Of a DNA stretch of 64,000 nucleotides, positions 11,946 through 24,710 are shown one piece after another (the stretch's first letter is position 1; the number at the start of each line of letters is the position of its first letter). The translations under genes and the position numbers were made by a program. Below the pieces are notes generated by a model. The model searched no databases. It was not told the origin of the DNA and was given only the letters and a program-made list of their open reading frames with translations. Source of the DNA: Podarcis erhardii (lineage: Eukaryota); NCBI GenBank assembly GCA_964252035.1, contig OZ176203.1. One strand, written 5' to 3'.

Positions 11946-14900
11946 GAGTGGTATTCAACACCATGGAAACTGTACAAAATCAGTTGCGTAAATATTAGCT
12001 ATTGCTGGAATCGTAGCATGACTAATGGGTGAATTCCTCTATATATGGTAAATTTGCTATAAAGCAAATTCATTTTGAAAAATGATTGTTATGTCAGTTG
12101 AAGAGATACAACTGGGTAGACTATATCATTAGGTCCATTCCTGAAATGAGATACTGACCACACAAAAAGCGCAGTATCATGATTTTATTATTGTTTGTAT
12201 TAAGGATTTCTTGAAATATCTGGGAGGGTGGAGGCTCCTTTATGTTTGATCCTTTGTGTATTGTTTTTTATCCCTTGCTGGTTTCTTGACTGATTTTGTT
12301 AATTACAGATATGTTTACATAAGCAAGCAAGCAGTTATATATGTTATGTTCCATGAGGCCCAGCTTTATATTTAAAAGGTGTTTAACTTATGTGCTCTGT
12401 ATGAGCTCAGTGCTTTTACACCCATGATAGATGTCCCAGATGGAATCTGCCCTTGTGTATTAATGTTCTATTTGAGAAGGTCCACTATGACATGATTGTG
12501 CTTAAAATCTGACATTTTTACAGTGAAAACCATCCTTGCATTTAACTGGCAATAAAATGAAGTGGGCAATGGTTATTCAATTATGTTGCAATTCTGCATG
12601 CTGTTTTAGTACACTTGACTCTGAAATACAGCAGTATTTTGTTGATTATGGGCAGAAATGAAATTACTTACACATTAAAGTCATCTTCCTAGGATGTCAT
12701 TTTCATTGTTTGTTGCTGTCATGATGGCATTTTTAAAGCTTTTTACACAGTTATATAACATGGCAAAATATGGAATTTCTTGGGTTTCAACTGAAATTTG
12801 CAACTTTTCAGAAATCAAAAACTAGCACACTGGAAACCCTACAATTTCTGCTGCTCTTCTAATTTGTGTCAGTATTTTCTCCTAAGACCAGAGAGTAGAA
12901 ACATCTGAGTGACACCAAAGTTGTGAAAATTGAGTAAGCTTGCACCTTGTTTTTGGGAATTCAGATTTCCAAAGACCTAAAGGGAAGGAGAGGCACATCA
13001 GCCATAACTCAGAGTGTGGCTTAATCTTTCCTTGTTATTTGTGGGTATGATGTCCACACTTGAGCCCCTGTTGTTTTATTTTCCTTTGAACTGTGTTTCT
13101 TTTTTCCTTGACATTCTGGAACTTTATTGACATATTCCTTGTACATATACACATTTCATCTACTCTAGGTTGTAGATGGGTGTTAGGTCATGCTTTTAAG
13201 AAATGGTAAATGTGTGCAGTAGCCCTAGGCACTTAGCTGAAAAGTGAACCTGGATGGATAAGAGTTCTAAAATTTGTTCTCATACTTGGTTAGAGAGAGT
13301 GCAGTAAAAGCTTCTATACCAGTAACAGGAAAGGAAGATGAAGTCCAAGTTGGTTATGTTATCAAATCCTAAATACATTTGAGTGCTGGGCATACAAACA
13401 GCAAACATTGGGTCTTCCTGCCATGAATAGGGGCTTAGATGATTGTGTGCATTTTTCTTTTTAAAAAATCAGTGATATCACCGAGGTGGTGAAGGAGACT
13501 GTAGATATCAGGAAAGTTAACAAAGGAAATGCTGGAGTACAGATGTGTAGAAGCAGGGAATTAAGTTGGGCCAAGTGGTAACGCAACGGGTTTGGGAGGC
13601 ACATCCTGATATGTTTAGGTGCCCTAATTTTGGAAATGTCTCTGTCTATTTACCTACCATCTACTGTTAAGACTACATAAGTGCAGCAGCACATTCATAG
13701 CTGCAAACTTGGTGAAAGTGAGGGCTGGAGTAAGGGAACATTAGTATTAAAATTTATGTTGAATGTTTTAGTCCCCTTGCAATTTTTTTTTAAAGAAAAC
13801 AGTTGTGAATAGACAGAACTAGTGGTGTAAAGAATAAAATGAAGCTTTCAGCACACTCAGTCCTTTGGTTGTGTATGCATGGGGGATACAAGGATTGACT
13901 TGTATAAAGCTGCTAGGTTGTAATGCCATAGATTTTCTCTAAGGATCCCACAGTTTGAAAGATAAGGTTCTTTTGCTATGGTTAAGCTATGCATGATAGG
14001 TTCAGCAGAAGGAAACAGAGACTTTTTGCAACTTCATGTACACCAGTGTATAAATCAGTGGCTTGATGGTCTAAGCAGGAATGGAGGCATGCACCAAAGA
14101 CAACGCTGTGTTATCAACCTCAGTATTCACCCTGGTGGGTTCCAACAACTACATTTACATGTAACTAAGGGCAGAGATGATTAAATAGATTGGGTAGGTA
14201 AACAAGGGATCCTGTAGCTTCTTAGTGAGTGGCAAAAACAACTGGGTTCAAACTGCAGGTCAGGCCACGGTGTTTGCCACTGCAATAGTAGGATTGCATA
14301 GGGTCAGAACAAAGTTAGGCCTTCCTTTTCCATAATTTCCTCCTACCCAGTCAAGTTTGTGTAGCAATGGTCCCAGAGCTACCTTTGTTTCTAGACTGTC
14401 GGCAAAGGTCTTCTACTACAACTCAGAGTTACACCTTCTGTGTGCCATCAGCCCTCACAGGCTTGTTCCATGGGCTGTAGTCCAGTTTCTGTTTCCCCTC
14501 ATTTCCCTCAGTAAACAGTTTTTACTTTCAAGGAGAGTCACAAGTCACAGCAAAAGTTGTTGGGAAATCTAGTTTCAAGACTCCACAGTCCTGTCACACA
14601 TCTTTCTATTTCAGGAAACATGACCCTTCAGATGTTGTTGAAGCTCCCATCCACCCCAACCATTGGCCCCATTGGCTGGGGCTGTGGGTGCTGAGTCCTG
14701 CAGCATCTGAAGGGATGCAGGTTCTCCATCCTTGCTTACCTTTCTAGACTTCACTGGCAGATGCAGAAGCAATGCAGCTGTCTTGCTTAAAGATCTGATT
14801 TCACAAAGGGCCATCAGCTCTGCAGATTTGGAGAACCCCAATGCGGTCATAGGACAGAAAGAGAACTGGCGCAGTGTTCCTGCATCATTATACTTGGCAA

Positions 14901-17900
14901 TTGCCAGGTGAGCCTAACCAAAAACAGCCTGTCCATCTGAACTTTGAGTTAAAATGTCATTATACTGCAGCAAACTTGACATTCATTTTAAACAGGAAGC
15001 TTTGGAGGGATTTCAGTTTTAGTGTGTTGTTATTTTCAGAGAACTAGCCAATACTAAAATGAAGAAGTTGCAGAGCTATGTTTAGAGTTTTAAAGTGACG
15101 GGGGAGGAAGTGTTGCTGTGAAAGGATGGGCAAGCATTTGACACAGTTGGTGGCAGGTAGATATTTAGAGCTGAAGCAGCACAGGGTGTAAGAGCTATCA
15201 GCAGAACTGAGAAAAAACAGCCTGTATATCAAATATGTTTATCAATTAGAAAATGGAAACAAAAGTAAAAACAAAAACACCCCATTACTGGCAGTCCATA
15301 TTTTTTAGTCTACTTTATGGAAAAACTGGTTTGTAGTACTTTTTAGAAATCATTCATGGCCTGGGAACACAACTATCAGCCATGTGGGCCAGCATTCTGG
15401 TACTTTGTGTGGTTAGGAGTGAACCTTGGTTTTGGGATTCTGGATCTCCACCAGCCTTTGAATGATATAATGTATGCACTGGGCACAATTTGATCAATAT
15501 CCACTCTACTAATGTTCCTTTGAGAGTGGGTGGTGGGTGGGATATCCTAGATATCAGACAAATCATGCAGCACATGTCCTGTCTAGTTCAAACATTCATT
15601 TATTTGCACTGTGGTAAGCAAGCACATTTTAGGCATGCACAGAATCTTAACATTAGGCCAAATCATCAGAACCAGCCCTCATCCATGGATAACAGCTTTG
15701 GAATATGCATTTTATTTAATATTTCTGTGTTACAGTTTGTTAAAGGCCACCTCAATCTCTACCGAGTGGTATGTGCACTTAACTAGGGTTTGTGTTTGGA
15801 ATGAGGCACTGTGGAGACTGTAGTGCCTTTAGAAAATATGGTTTATTTACACATATTTATACCTGAGCTTTGATGGAGGGAGTGTAGAACATTACACTGC
15901 AAGCGTGTCTCTTGTTGCTCCTCTCATACTTTGGGTCAAGAGCAGATGCCAACCATACTCCCCAGTCTCTGTGTGCAGCCTCTCCCAGCCAGCTCTGCAT
16001 GGAGTTCTCCCCCCTTCCCCCAAACCTCTGTTTTCCTGTGTGATGTCTCACCCACCATAACCCTGGCACCACCACCCCAAGTTTACATAAACACTGAAAT
16101 ACTAAACTTCGTCTTTGTCTCTGCTCATCATTCCCTCATGGGAGGAGGGGCTTCCTCTCCTCTGCTACCTGGGCAAAGGTAACTGACACAAAGTTACTCA
16201 TTACTTTCCCTTGTACTACATGATAGTTCTTTTCTTAGGAGATTTCTGACCAAGGAACTCATTTAGCCTGCATTTTTACACTGCTAAGCTATCTAGCACC
16301 TGGGTGAAGACTTCCAGCATTTAGTAATCTACATTTACTAACTCTAGAAATTATGGGGGGATATGGTACTTAGGACTTTTAGGGGAATCTTCCCTCTACC
16401 CCCAAAATCATAACATTATCCCCTGTAACAAAGTCACATCTGTTCCAGATGTGCAGAAGAAATACAGAACAGGTAGTAAGGCATTTAAAACAAACAAACA
16501 AAGGCAAATCATGAAACACAATTACTTTTTTAAACCCAACCCAATATGATAAAAGCTTATTTCCAGTCCATCAAGGTTTCTTCAGGCCTTCTTTCTTTCT
16601 GGGTACATATTCCAGTCAAATCTGCATTTCAAAGACAACTTTCACACACAATGATCATCTGAGCAATTCTAACAAAAAGGGGAAAAAATCATTCAGCAGT
16701 CTTCACCACCAGAAACATGTAAAGAAGTGTGAATTAACATCTTTTCAAGACCATTGCTAACTTGCAGGAAAGATCCTTGCAGAACAAAATAAACAGTCAC
16801 AGAAAACAGGTCCAAACTTCTGCCTACCTCCCTACCAGGCAAGTGCCTGCATGGCTTTTTGTCCTGGGGTTTCCAGGGTTCTTCATCTTGAGTGAATCAC
16901 ACGGCTACACAGAGTTCCTTGTGACATCTTCACAAAGTTTTCACTTCAAGCAAATTAAAGAGCCACTTTGGTGCCAAACTCACAGGTTCAGCCTGTGAGA
17001 AAATGCAGCAGAAAGTGTGGACTAACACTTGTTTTGATGCTCATTAAATAGTCTCAATGTCATCTAGTCTCCCAGCAAACAAATCAGGACGAACGCTCAA
17101 AAAGCAGGTTGTGTGGAAGCACCCTCGGTCGAAAGCTGCACAAAAGCTGTTCTCTGCCACTTGATAGTAGGTTGAAAACCAAGGGCTGCTGCTCTAAAGC
17201 AAATCATGGCAGCGGCAGGGGAGGAGAGCGCAGGAGCGGAGACACCTCTCAAGCTGTACTTGAAAGACTGGTTCCAAATTCACAGACAACCAGGGTTTTA
17301 AAGCTCACAGCATGTTAGGCTCCTGTTAGATTTTTTAAAAAATGTGTGTGTTGTTTCTCTCCCACCAGAGAATCGACAGAGGGAGAAGAGCTTTTCTTGC
17401 TTTTTGTATCCAACTAGCCTCTGCTGGAAGTTTGGCAGTTTTTGGTACGACTACCAGAGAATGCTTGTTTGTAGTTCTCATATCTTCCTCTCTGTGCCAT
17501 CTGTTCACAGAGCGGATTACAGGGTTGCCAGTTAAAAAGCAGATTGTCTTGGCCCATGGTTGGTATAGCAATGCTACTGGTAGATTTATGGTCTATGATT
17601 AGAACTCACAGCCACTGAACTCTTCTCTGCCTCCTTTCCCCCCACAGCTCCATTTATCTAGCCTCATGTTACATGCGGAGGTCCGTCTGTCCGCCGGCTT
17701 CCTTTATTCTCACTACCTTACTAAGTATTTTTTTTCCTTAAGCTCTCACTGTCAGCCTTGATTTACCTTCAAATGACACACTGTGTTCAGATACTTATCA
17801 GCATTGCAGCCCTAGCACTCATCTGTGCTGATGGGAAGAACAGCCCTGTCCAAGACACATTGGGGACTTCTTCCAACAGACACCCAGTATGTTTCAACAG

Positions 17901-18347
17901 TCCTCTTTTCCTAGGTATTATGTGTCAGATACTTGCAAGGAGAGATACATGGGGAGACAAGAAATGCTGCAAATTAAAAGCCTCCTCTACATTCTATCTG
18001 ATTGGCTGAGCACAGGAGGAGAGAATGGGGAAATTGGCCTGATGCATTATTTCTGAATCCTGTTCTGTGAAGCATGCCTTTCCTTTGGCAAAAAGCTGGT
18101 GCTTGTTTTTAGTTAAAAGGGATCACGTAAAAGTTCAGGAGCACCTGCTTTTCCCCCTACCAGATGAGGGCAGATCAATAGTTATCAGAGTAACAAAGCG
18201 TTTGTGAGACCCAAATTTGGCTGTTAAGAAACTGGGTGGTTGCTGATGTGTGATTCTGTTCCTAGCTGCAGTCCTGCTGCCATGTTCATTCTCCTTCTTC
18301 TAAGAATATATTGTTGTGGGACAACCATCTGATGACTGTGGTTGTGA

Positions 18348-19067
18348 CAGTGGCATAGCAAGGTCAGGTGGTACCCGGTGCAATTTTTTTTTTTGTCATC
18401 CTCCCCCCCCCCCCCTGAAATTGAAAACTGTCAAAGAGAGCCTCGCAGGCGATCATGATGCAGATCCCGCCTTCTCCCCTCCCTCCCTGCAACCCCCATG
18501 AAAGAAAGCCGCTCAGGCAATGCTGTTGCTGGTCCTGATCCTACCTTGCCTTGTCAGAGACAACTCTCCTTCTTGCTTCCCTCCTCTCCACCCCTAAACC
18601 AGCACGTGATCTTTCTCGCTCCCCTCAGACCAGCTGGGCTGCAGAGATCTCCTAGGCACCACTCCCCCCCAAAAAAAACCCCACCGTACCTTGGCCCTTA
18701 AAGGAAAGGCAAAAGCAGGCAACCACAGCCTCTCCTGCCTCCACGCCCTTCTCAGGAGTCCGCATCAGCCCCAGAAGGACCCTGCATTGCCCCGTGAGCA
18801 GCACAGATTCAACCGCAGCCACACAGACACACACACAGCACCCAAGTGAGGGCAAGACATGGATGGGCAGGGAGAGCAGGGCTTGGCCAACCACTCATGC
18901 ACCCGACCACAGAGGTGGGAAGGGGACGCTTCGGCGTTGTGGTGCAACTCAACTCCACTAGGTTCCACTGCACAGGCAGCGTCAAGTTCAGCCGGCATTT
19001 TGTCACCCCCCTCATGATGGCACATGGGGCGCACCGCAGTCCCCGCACCCCGCTTTCTATGCCCCTG
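18348..19067. mobile_element. Non-autonomous hAT-type DNA transposon, 720 bp
   Basis: Ends CAGTGGCATAGC... and ...CTATGCCCCTG (reverse complement CAGGGGCATAG). Degenerate 8-bp TSD GGTTGTGA (18340-47) / GATTGCGA (19068-75). GC-rich interior. Confidence 0.75.
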
Positions 19068-19629
19068 GATTGCGATCTAGCACTCAGGGTTTGTCTTCCA
19101 GCAATGACTGATCACAGTCTGAGATCTGACAGAATAATGCACATATTTTCTTACGGTCCAGGATATCCAGCTGATCTCTCTATATGGGAGCTAATTGTTG
19201 GAAGATGGTTCTGGTGACTTTCTGATTCCAAACTTTTCTGTATCAAGAAAGTCATCAGAAATTTGGCACACCTAAATGGGAGGGGGCAGAGATGTGTATA
19301 GGGGTATGTGCATGTGAATAAATTACCTGCAGGCTACAAACATCATGGAGGGCCAGTTGCCTCTCTCTGGAGATCTGAGGTGAACTAGTGGATCAGCTGC
19401 CTGGCATGAGCTCACATGGCATTTGCCTCCACCTGTGCTTGTGCATTTGTAAATAAATTAAATAGTACAAAAGTACCATAATTCTTCTGTATTTGCTCTT
19501 CCAGGGAAGCCCAGCCTAGGTCATGCTGTCCCATCACATAATGTACATAATGTACGGTAATTAGTTACTTCTGCATGTACAACTTCTAATGTGAATCAGC
19601 AATTGGCTACTCACTCCTAGAAACCTGTG

Positions 19630-20057
19630 GGATTAAGTTTGACATAGGGGGTCAGTCCAAATTTAAAGGCAACCCTACATAATTCACACTTTCCAAAAGA
19701 CTATGTTAACCAAAACATCACCATCTTTCAAAATGCATACTTTCCCAATGTTTACAATGCAATTCTCCAGCCAGGCAATGTGTCCAAGAATGCATATACT
19801 AGGTAGGGTAATGTGCACAATAATGCATGTATTAGGGAAAGCAGCATACAAAACTGCATTGCATTGGAGAGAATTGCTCTGTAAAAATGTGCATCCTAGG
19901 CAAAATTGCATGCAGGTGTTAATATTAGGAGAAATGTGCACTGGTGAATTTTCATGAGAAACTTTTTAAAAAAGAAAATAATAATCACAAACTGAAGTGG
20001 AAATGTGGAGAACTAAAAAATGAGAGACCATGAAATTGACAGATTCACACATGCCTG
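19630..20057. mobile_element. Non-autonomous hAT (Ac-like ends) element with internal ~30-33 bp repeats; left boundary approximate
   Basis: Collinear similarity to 51956-52351 (ATTAGGAGAAA...TGAATTTTCATGA...GGAAATGTGGAGAACT...AATTGACAGATTCAC.CAT.CCT). Confidence 0.6.
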
Positions 20058-21126
20058 TATTTCAAGAAAACCTAAACTCTATTCTTTGTAGTAACTAATT
20101 TTACAGGGCTCTTTTACAATCTCAACTTCAGTCATCGGCATTCCAGTGTATAAACAGGGGCCTCTGTTGACCCTTTCTGCTCATTTATCCCTTCATCAAG
20201 GAACAGGTGAAGCTTTTAGAAGGAAATGAATCCCCACCCTTCTTCATCTCCTTTTCTTTCCCTATTTCTTTTTGTTCCCTTTGGTTGTGCCTGAAGGCTG
20301 TTTGCTTCTTGACCCTGTTTCCTTTGCAGGACCTGCACCTCCAATTGTCCTATAATCTCACCATCCCGCCGAGTGCTCAGCTTGTGATGCCTCAATAATT
20401 CATCTCTTATATTCCAGCCTGCTTTGATGTGCAGCTTTAAAATGAGGGGGAAAAGAAATAATAGAACCTCCTGATCACAGTAACTGTGCTAGGCCTTGCT
20501 GGATTAGGAAGGCACAATCAGTTGCATAATAGGGTTAAGAGGATTGCCTTACCTTCTCAAACATATGACTCAAATGAAATTCATTGTCTGCATAGGTGGA
20601 CAGGTGGTGGTGATGTATAAGGAAGGGGGGTGACTGAAAAATCCTCTGTCACAAGTCACCTTTTGTTGCTTAGCCTTGCTGTTGCTTCCAGAGGCACAAT
20701 ATGGTGATTGACTTCAGTAGGGGAAATAATCCTGCTGACCTGGACTACCCTACCCTTGTATTGAACTTGGAATATATAAATTTGAAATCCAATTGTGTCT
20801 CCTACTGAAAAGTTGATACCTGAACAACCATGAGAATAGAGAACATATGTGGAGCACAGCTGGAGATTGGTGTTCCTAAGGCCATGCAGACAACAACCTG
20901 AGTCAGTTTCCATTCTGGAAACAAGGATTGCATTAACTGGGTGAAGAGTTCAGGGAAGCTTTTGGAATTGATGTCGTTGGGAAGTTGTGGAGTGGAGAGT
21001 GGAGGTTGAGACAGAGATGGATTTGATAAGAGATAACAGGTACATCACAAAGTGTGTCCCCATTCCTCCATTTCTTCTTCTAATAAATATGCCCTCCAAA
21101 CACAGGAACTTCTCTGAAATACATCC

Positions 21127-21274
21127 CAGTGTTGTATAGGGAAACCAGTGGCTCTCTAGATATTGTGGGACTTAATGCCCATTAGCCCCTGCCAGTATAG
21201 CATAGCCAATGGGTCAGGGATGATGGGAGCTGTGGTCCAGGAACATCTGATGGGCCATATGTTCCCTATTCCTG
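21127..21274. mobile_element. Short (~150 bp) foldback MITE of the common squamate hAT-like type
   Basis: GGGAAACCAGTGGC...AGATATTGTGGGACTTAATGCCCAT pairs imperfectly with ATGGGAGCTGTGGTCCAGGAACATCTGATGGGCCATATGTTCCC. No clear TSD. Confidence 0.55.
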
Positions 21275-23889
21275 ATATAGAGAATTGTGTTCCCTAGTGC
21301 TCTAAATCCTATACAGTAACACTGAACCTTCATGCATCATATTTTAATCCATGAATATAAGGCTGAGGGAAACATCTGACTCCTCTTTGAAACGTTGTTC
21401 TTCTCCAAATCTGAGCCTGGCTGGTCAAAGGAGGGAAGTGGAGCCCAGTGCTCTCAAATCCACTCCATGTTTTATTTTCTAAATGCTGAGGCTACAAGCC
21501 AGAGATGCACACTGTCAAATACAAATTCACTTTGGGATTTATCTGCTCATTTTCTGTTAAGACGCACTCCCTACCAAACCCTAGCTGCTTCTTAACACCC
21601 CACCACACACATGCTAAATTATCTTATGGGATTGAAGCCTGTGATTCATGCTTCCATCCCGCTCCCACATCCATGGCCTCTGCAATAATTCACTCATGGT
21701 TGTGGCACTGGTGAGAGAGGCAGGCACACTGCAAAAGAATGGAACTTGTAGGACACATGCACAGCCTTTGCCTTACTTCACAACTGCAGGCAATAGATTA
21801 ATGAGGTCCTTCCTGAATGAGGCAAATGCATCTGGGCACTTTCTTTGATTTAGGGAAGTGTGTGCTTGCTGCTTTCGCTGGGTTAAGTGGGTTTGGAAGG
21901 TAGCTTAAAGGAGGGAGCCCCTAGTTAGAACGGGGCTATTAAAAGCTGATAAGCTAATGAGCCAGCAATGGCATGTAATCAATGTGTGAAAAATGGGTAA
22001 TTCTCTCTAATACCTTGCTAATGTTCTCATAATGATCTGTCAGGGAAGTCCAGGTAATTATTGTCAGGGCAAATTGGCACAGCAATGCCTGGGATAGCAC
22101 TAGTTTGGCAGGAGGCGGAGCATGGTCTGAGGAGACAGCCCCTCACAGCCCTCCCATTCCTTCTCTTCATTCACCCATGTAGGATGTTGCCCCCTCCTCT
22201 GTTTGTGTTAAATTAAGTTGATTGATTTGCAGCCTTCTCACACTCTACTTGTAAAGTGCTAATGATTCCTTCTTTTACTGCTTTCCCTCTCATTTCTTCT
22301 CAGGATTGGCTCAACTGTTTGTTTTTGATGTGTCTTTGTGATAAGTGTTAGGGTGAAAAAGAACCCTTATGCAGATATGCCAAAACTATGTTGCGGTAGC
22401 AGAAGAATTTGGAATAGATCCTAACATTTAAACCCATTTTTGGCAGTTTTGTTGTTGTTAAGTGTTTCTTCACCTTCTCTGGATTTCCCTCCTTCTCCCT
22501 TTAATTCTCATAGCAATGCTTTGTAACTCCATTTTGTGTTCCTCGAACACCAGGCTTCTCCTGACAGATTTTTAAATAATAACGTTTTGTAGCTATGGTA
22601 CCCAGCTTCTCAGAGCTTCAGAGATACTCAGCTACTCTTAGCCCCCTGGTTGTAAGGTGTGGGGTTTTTTGGAGGGTGGTGGGCTGCTACCTTGTGCTGG
22701 GTTTCACCGTGAACAATTGGTTGGCCAGATCTTATATGTGACTGTTAAGAGTTCAGGCTTGAGTGAACATCTGACAAGTGGGATCACTCAGAGCCCTCTC
22801 TGGAGTTGAGGCAATCACATTTCATTAAAGCTCAGGCAAGTGTGAATTTGAGGTTCATTTGAGGTGTAGGGCAAAGCTATGATGCAATGGTAGATCCTGT
22901 AGGACATACTTATAAAGAAGTGTGTTTAGGACAGCAGCCAAGCTGCTGATGGAGCTCAAGTACAGGGATTGTTGCTTGAGTGACTCCGGTCTCCGATATT
23001 TTCTGCAACCCATTGCCATTTTCAGCACATAAATCTACCGAGCCTTCTGCATTAAGCCAAGATTTCTGGCGCATAATTTTAAATTGTCACATGCAACAGG
23101 GGACTTTACCTTTATTTCCATAAATCACACATATGTGCCTATGCTCATCTTGAAATCCTCCTCCAAATTAATTGGCCTTGCTGTGAGATCATTGCAATTT
23201 TAAAAAATCTTATTGTATCAGGCTGCCTTTATGGGTTTGATTTAATTTTCGAGTTCAGTTTTTTGGAGAGTGTGCAGAGCGCAGAGGAAAGAAGTAATAT
23301 GTGGTGCTCTTGTCAGTGCTGTGCCTTGGAAAGCTTGCCTGCGTTAAATCAAAAGCAGTGGGCCTGTGTTGCATTTTTAACTCCTTGACAGAGCTCCTTG
23401 AAGCTGGGAAGCTGCTGTTATCATAGGGAAAGCAGAGTAGGGAATGATGAATCTGTGTGTAAAACATTCTGAATGCCCAGCTGTACCATATGAGATTCTG
23501 TTTGTCGCACAGGTTTATACAGTGTCCCAAGCATTGATGTATCCATTCTGGAAAACCCCAAGATGAAAATATAGCTGTAGAGTTGGTTCGTTTAAAGGCC
23601 AAAATATTAATAACAACTGATATTTATGTAGTGCTTCTCCTTCAAGAGGATCCCAAACCACTTTATTCACCATTGAAATACAGCCACTTCTGGAAGGGAA
23701 TATGGCAGACACTCTGTCCCTTCTACACAATATTTTTGAGGCAAAATGATGAATAGCTGTAGTGAGGGGAGATTTAGCAAGGCAGAAATGATCTAAACTT
23801 TAGGGCTAGGACTACATCCTCACTGTAAATGCCCTCCCCCCCGGCACACACCCGCTCACCCACAAAAACAATTCTGATGCCCATAAATA

Positions 23890-24102
23890 CAGTGGTACCT
23901 CAGGTTAAGTACTTAATTTGTTCTGGAGGTCTGTTCTTAACCTGAAACTGTTCTTAACCTGAGGCACCACTTTAGCTAATGGTGCGATTTCTGTTCTCAT
24001 CCTGAATCAAAGTTCTTAACCCGAGGTACTATTTCTGGGTTAGCGGAGTCTGAAACCTGAAGCGTCTGTAACCTGAAGCGTATGTAACCCGAGGTACCAC
24101 TG
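23890..24102 (-). mobile_element. Tigger-like MITE, family copy 1 (213 bp, reversed relative to the other copies)
   Basis: TIR CAGTGGTACCTC(A/G)GGTTA at both ends, TA at 23888-89 and 24103-04, GCTTCAGGTTA internal repeats. Confidence 0.92.
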
Positions 24103-24137
24103 TACACAAACCAAGACATAGAGATAACCTCCAAGTA

Positions 24138-24499
24138 AAAAAGGTAAATGACCCATGACAGTGAAGTCCAGTCGCGAATGACTCTGGGGTTGCGGTGCTC
24201 ATCTCACTTTACTGGCCGAGGGAGCCGGCGTTTGTCCGCAGACAGTTTTTTCCGGGTCATGTGGCCAGCATGACTAAGCGCTTCTGGTGAAATCAGAGCA
24301 GTGCACGGAAACGCCGTTTACCTTCCCGCCGGAGTAGTACCTATTTATCTTTCACTTTGACTTGCTTTTGAACTGCTAGGTTGGCAGGAACTGGGACAGA
24401 GCAACAGGAGCTCAACCTGTCATGGCGATTGGAACCGCCAACCTTCCGATTGGCAAGGCCAAGGCTCCGTGGTTTAGACCACAACGCCACCCGCGTCCT
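24138..24499 (-). mobile_element. Sauria SINE (Squam1, Podarcis-type), full length
   Basis: Minus strand starts GGACGCGGGTGGCGTTGTGG (tRNA-like head with A/B boxes), has the typical CGGGAAGGTAAACGGCGTTTCCGTG body, and ends in a TTTACCTT tail. Perfect 13-bp TSD TAACCTCCAAGTA at 24125-37 and 24500-12. Confidence 0.95.
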
Positions 24500-24589
24500 T
24501 AACCTCCAAGTAGGATAGCTTTAAAGACAAATTCATGTAAGATGGCTGTGCATTCCAGCATCAGAGGCAGTCTGATACTGGCAATAGAG

Positions 24590-24710
24590 TCCATTCCACT
24601 GTCGAACAGCAAGAACTTTCTAATGGTAACTGCTGTTCAACAGTTCAATCTTTCATTTAAATATCTGAAGATGGCTATCATATCCTCTCTCAACCTCCTC
24701 TTTGTTCAGT
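24590..24710 (-). mobile_element. Degraded CR1 ORF2 3' fragment
   Basis: ATTCCACTGTCGAACAGC and TGAAGATGGCTATCATATCCTCTCTCAACCTCCTCTT match the corresponding parts of the CR1 at 49455-49650. Confidence 0.5.

Noticed and set aside
14740-14819. Minus-strand exon-like segment ending AAG|GTAAGC (ELMALCEIRSLSKTAALLLHLPVKSRK)
   Set aside because: Good donor but weak acceptor and an unrecognised peptide.
17180-17260. Kozak-like GCCGCTGCCATG (minus) and ATGGCAGCGGCA (plus) in a small GC-rich patch
   Set aside because: Both ORFs end within ~40 codons with no splice donor or recognisable product.
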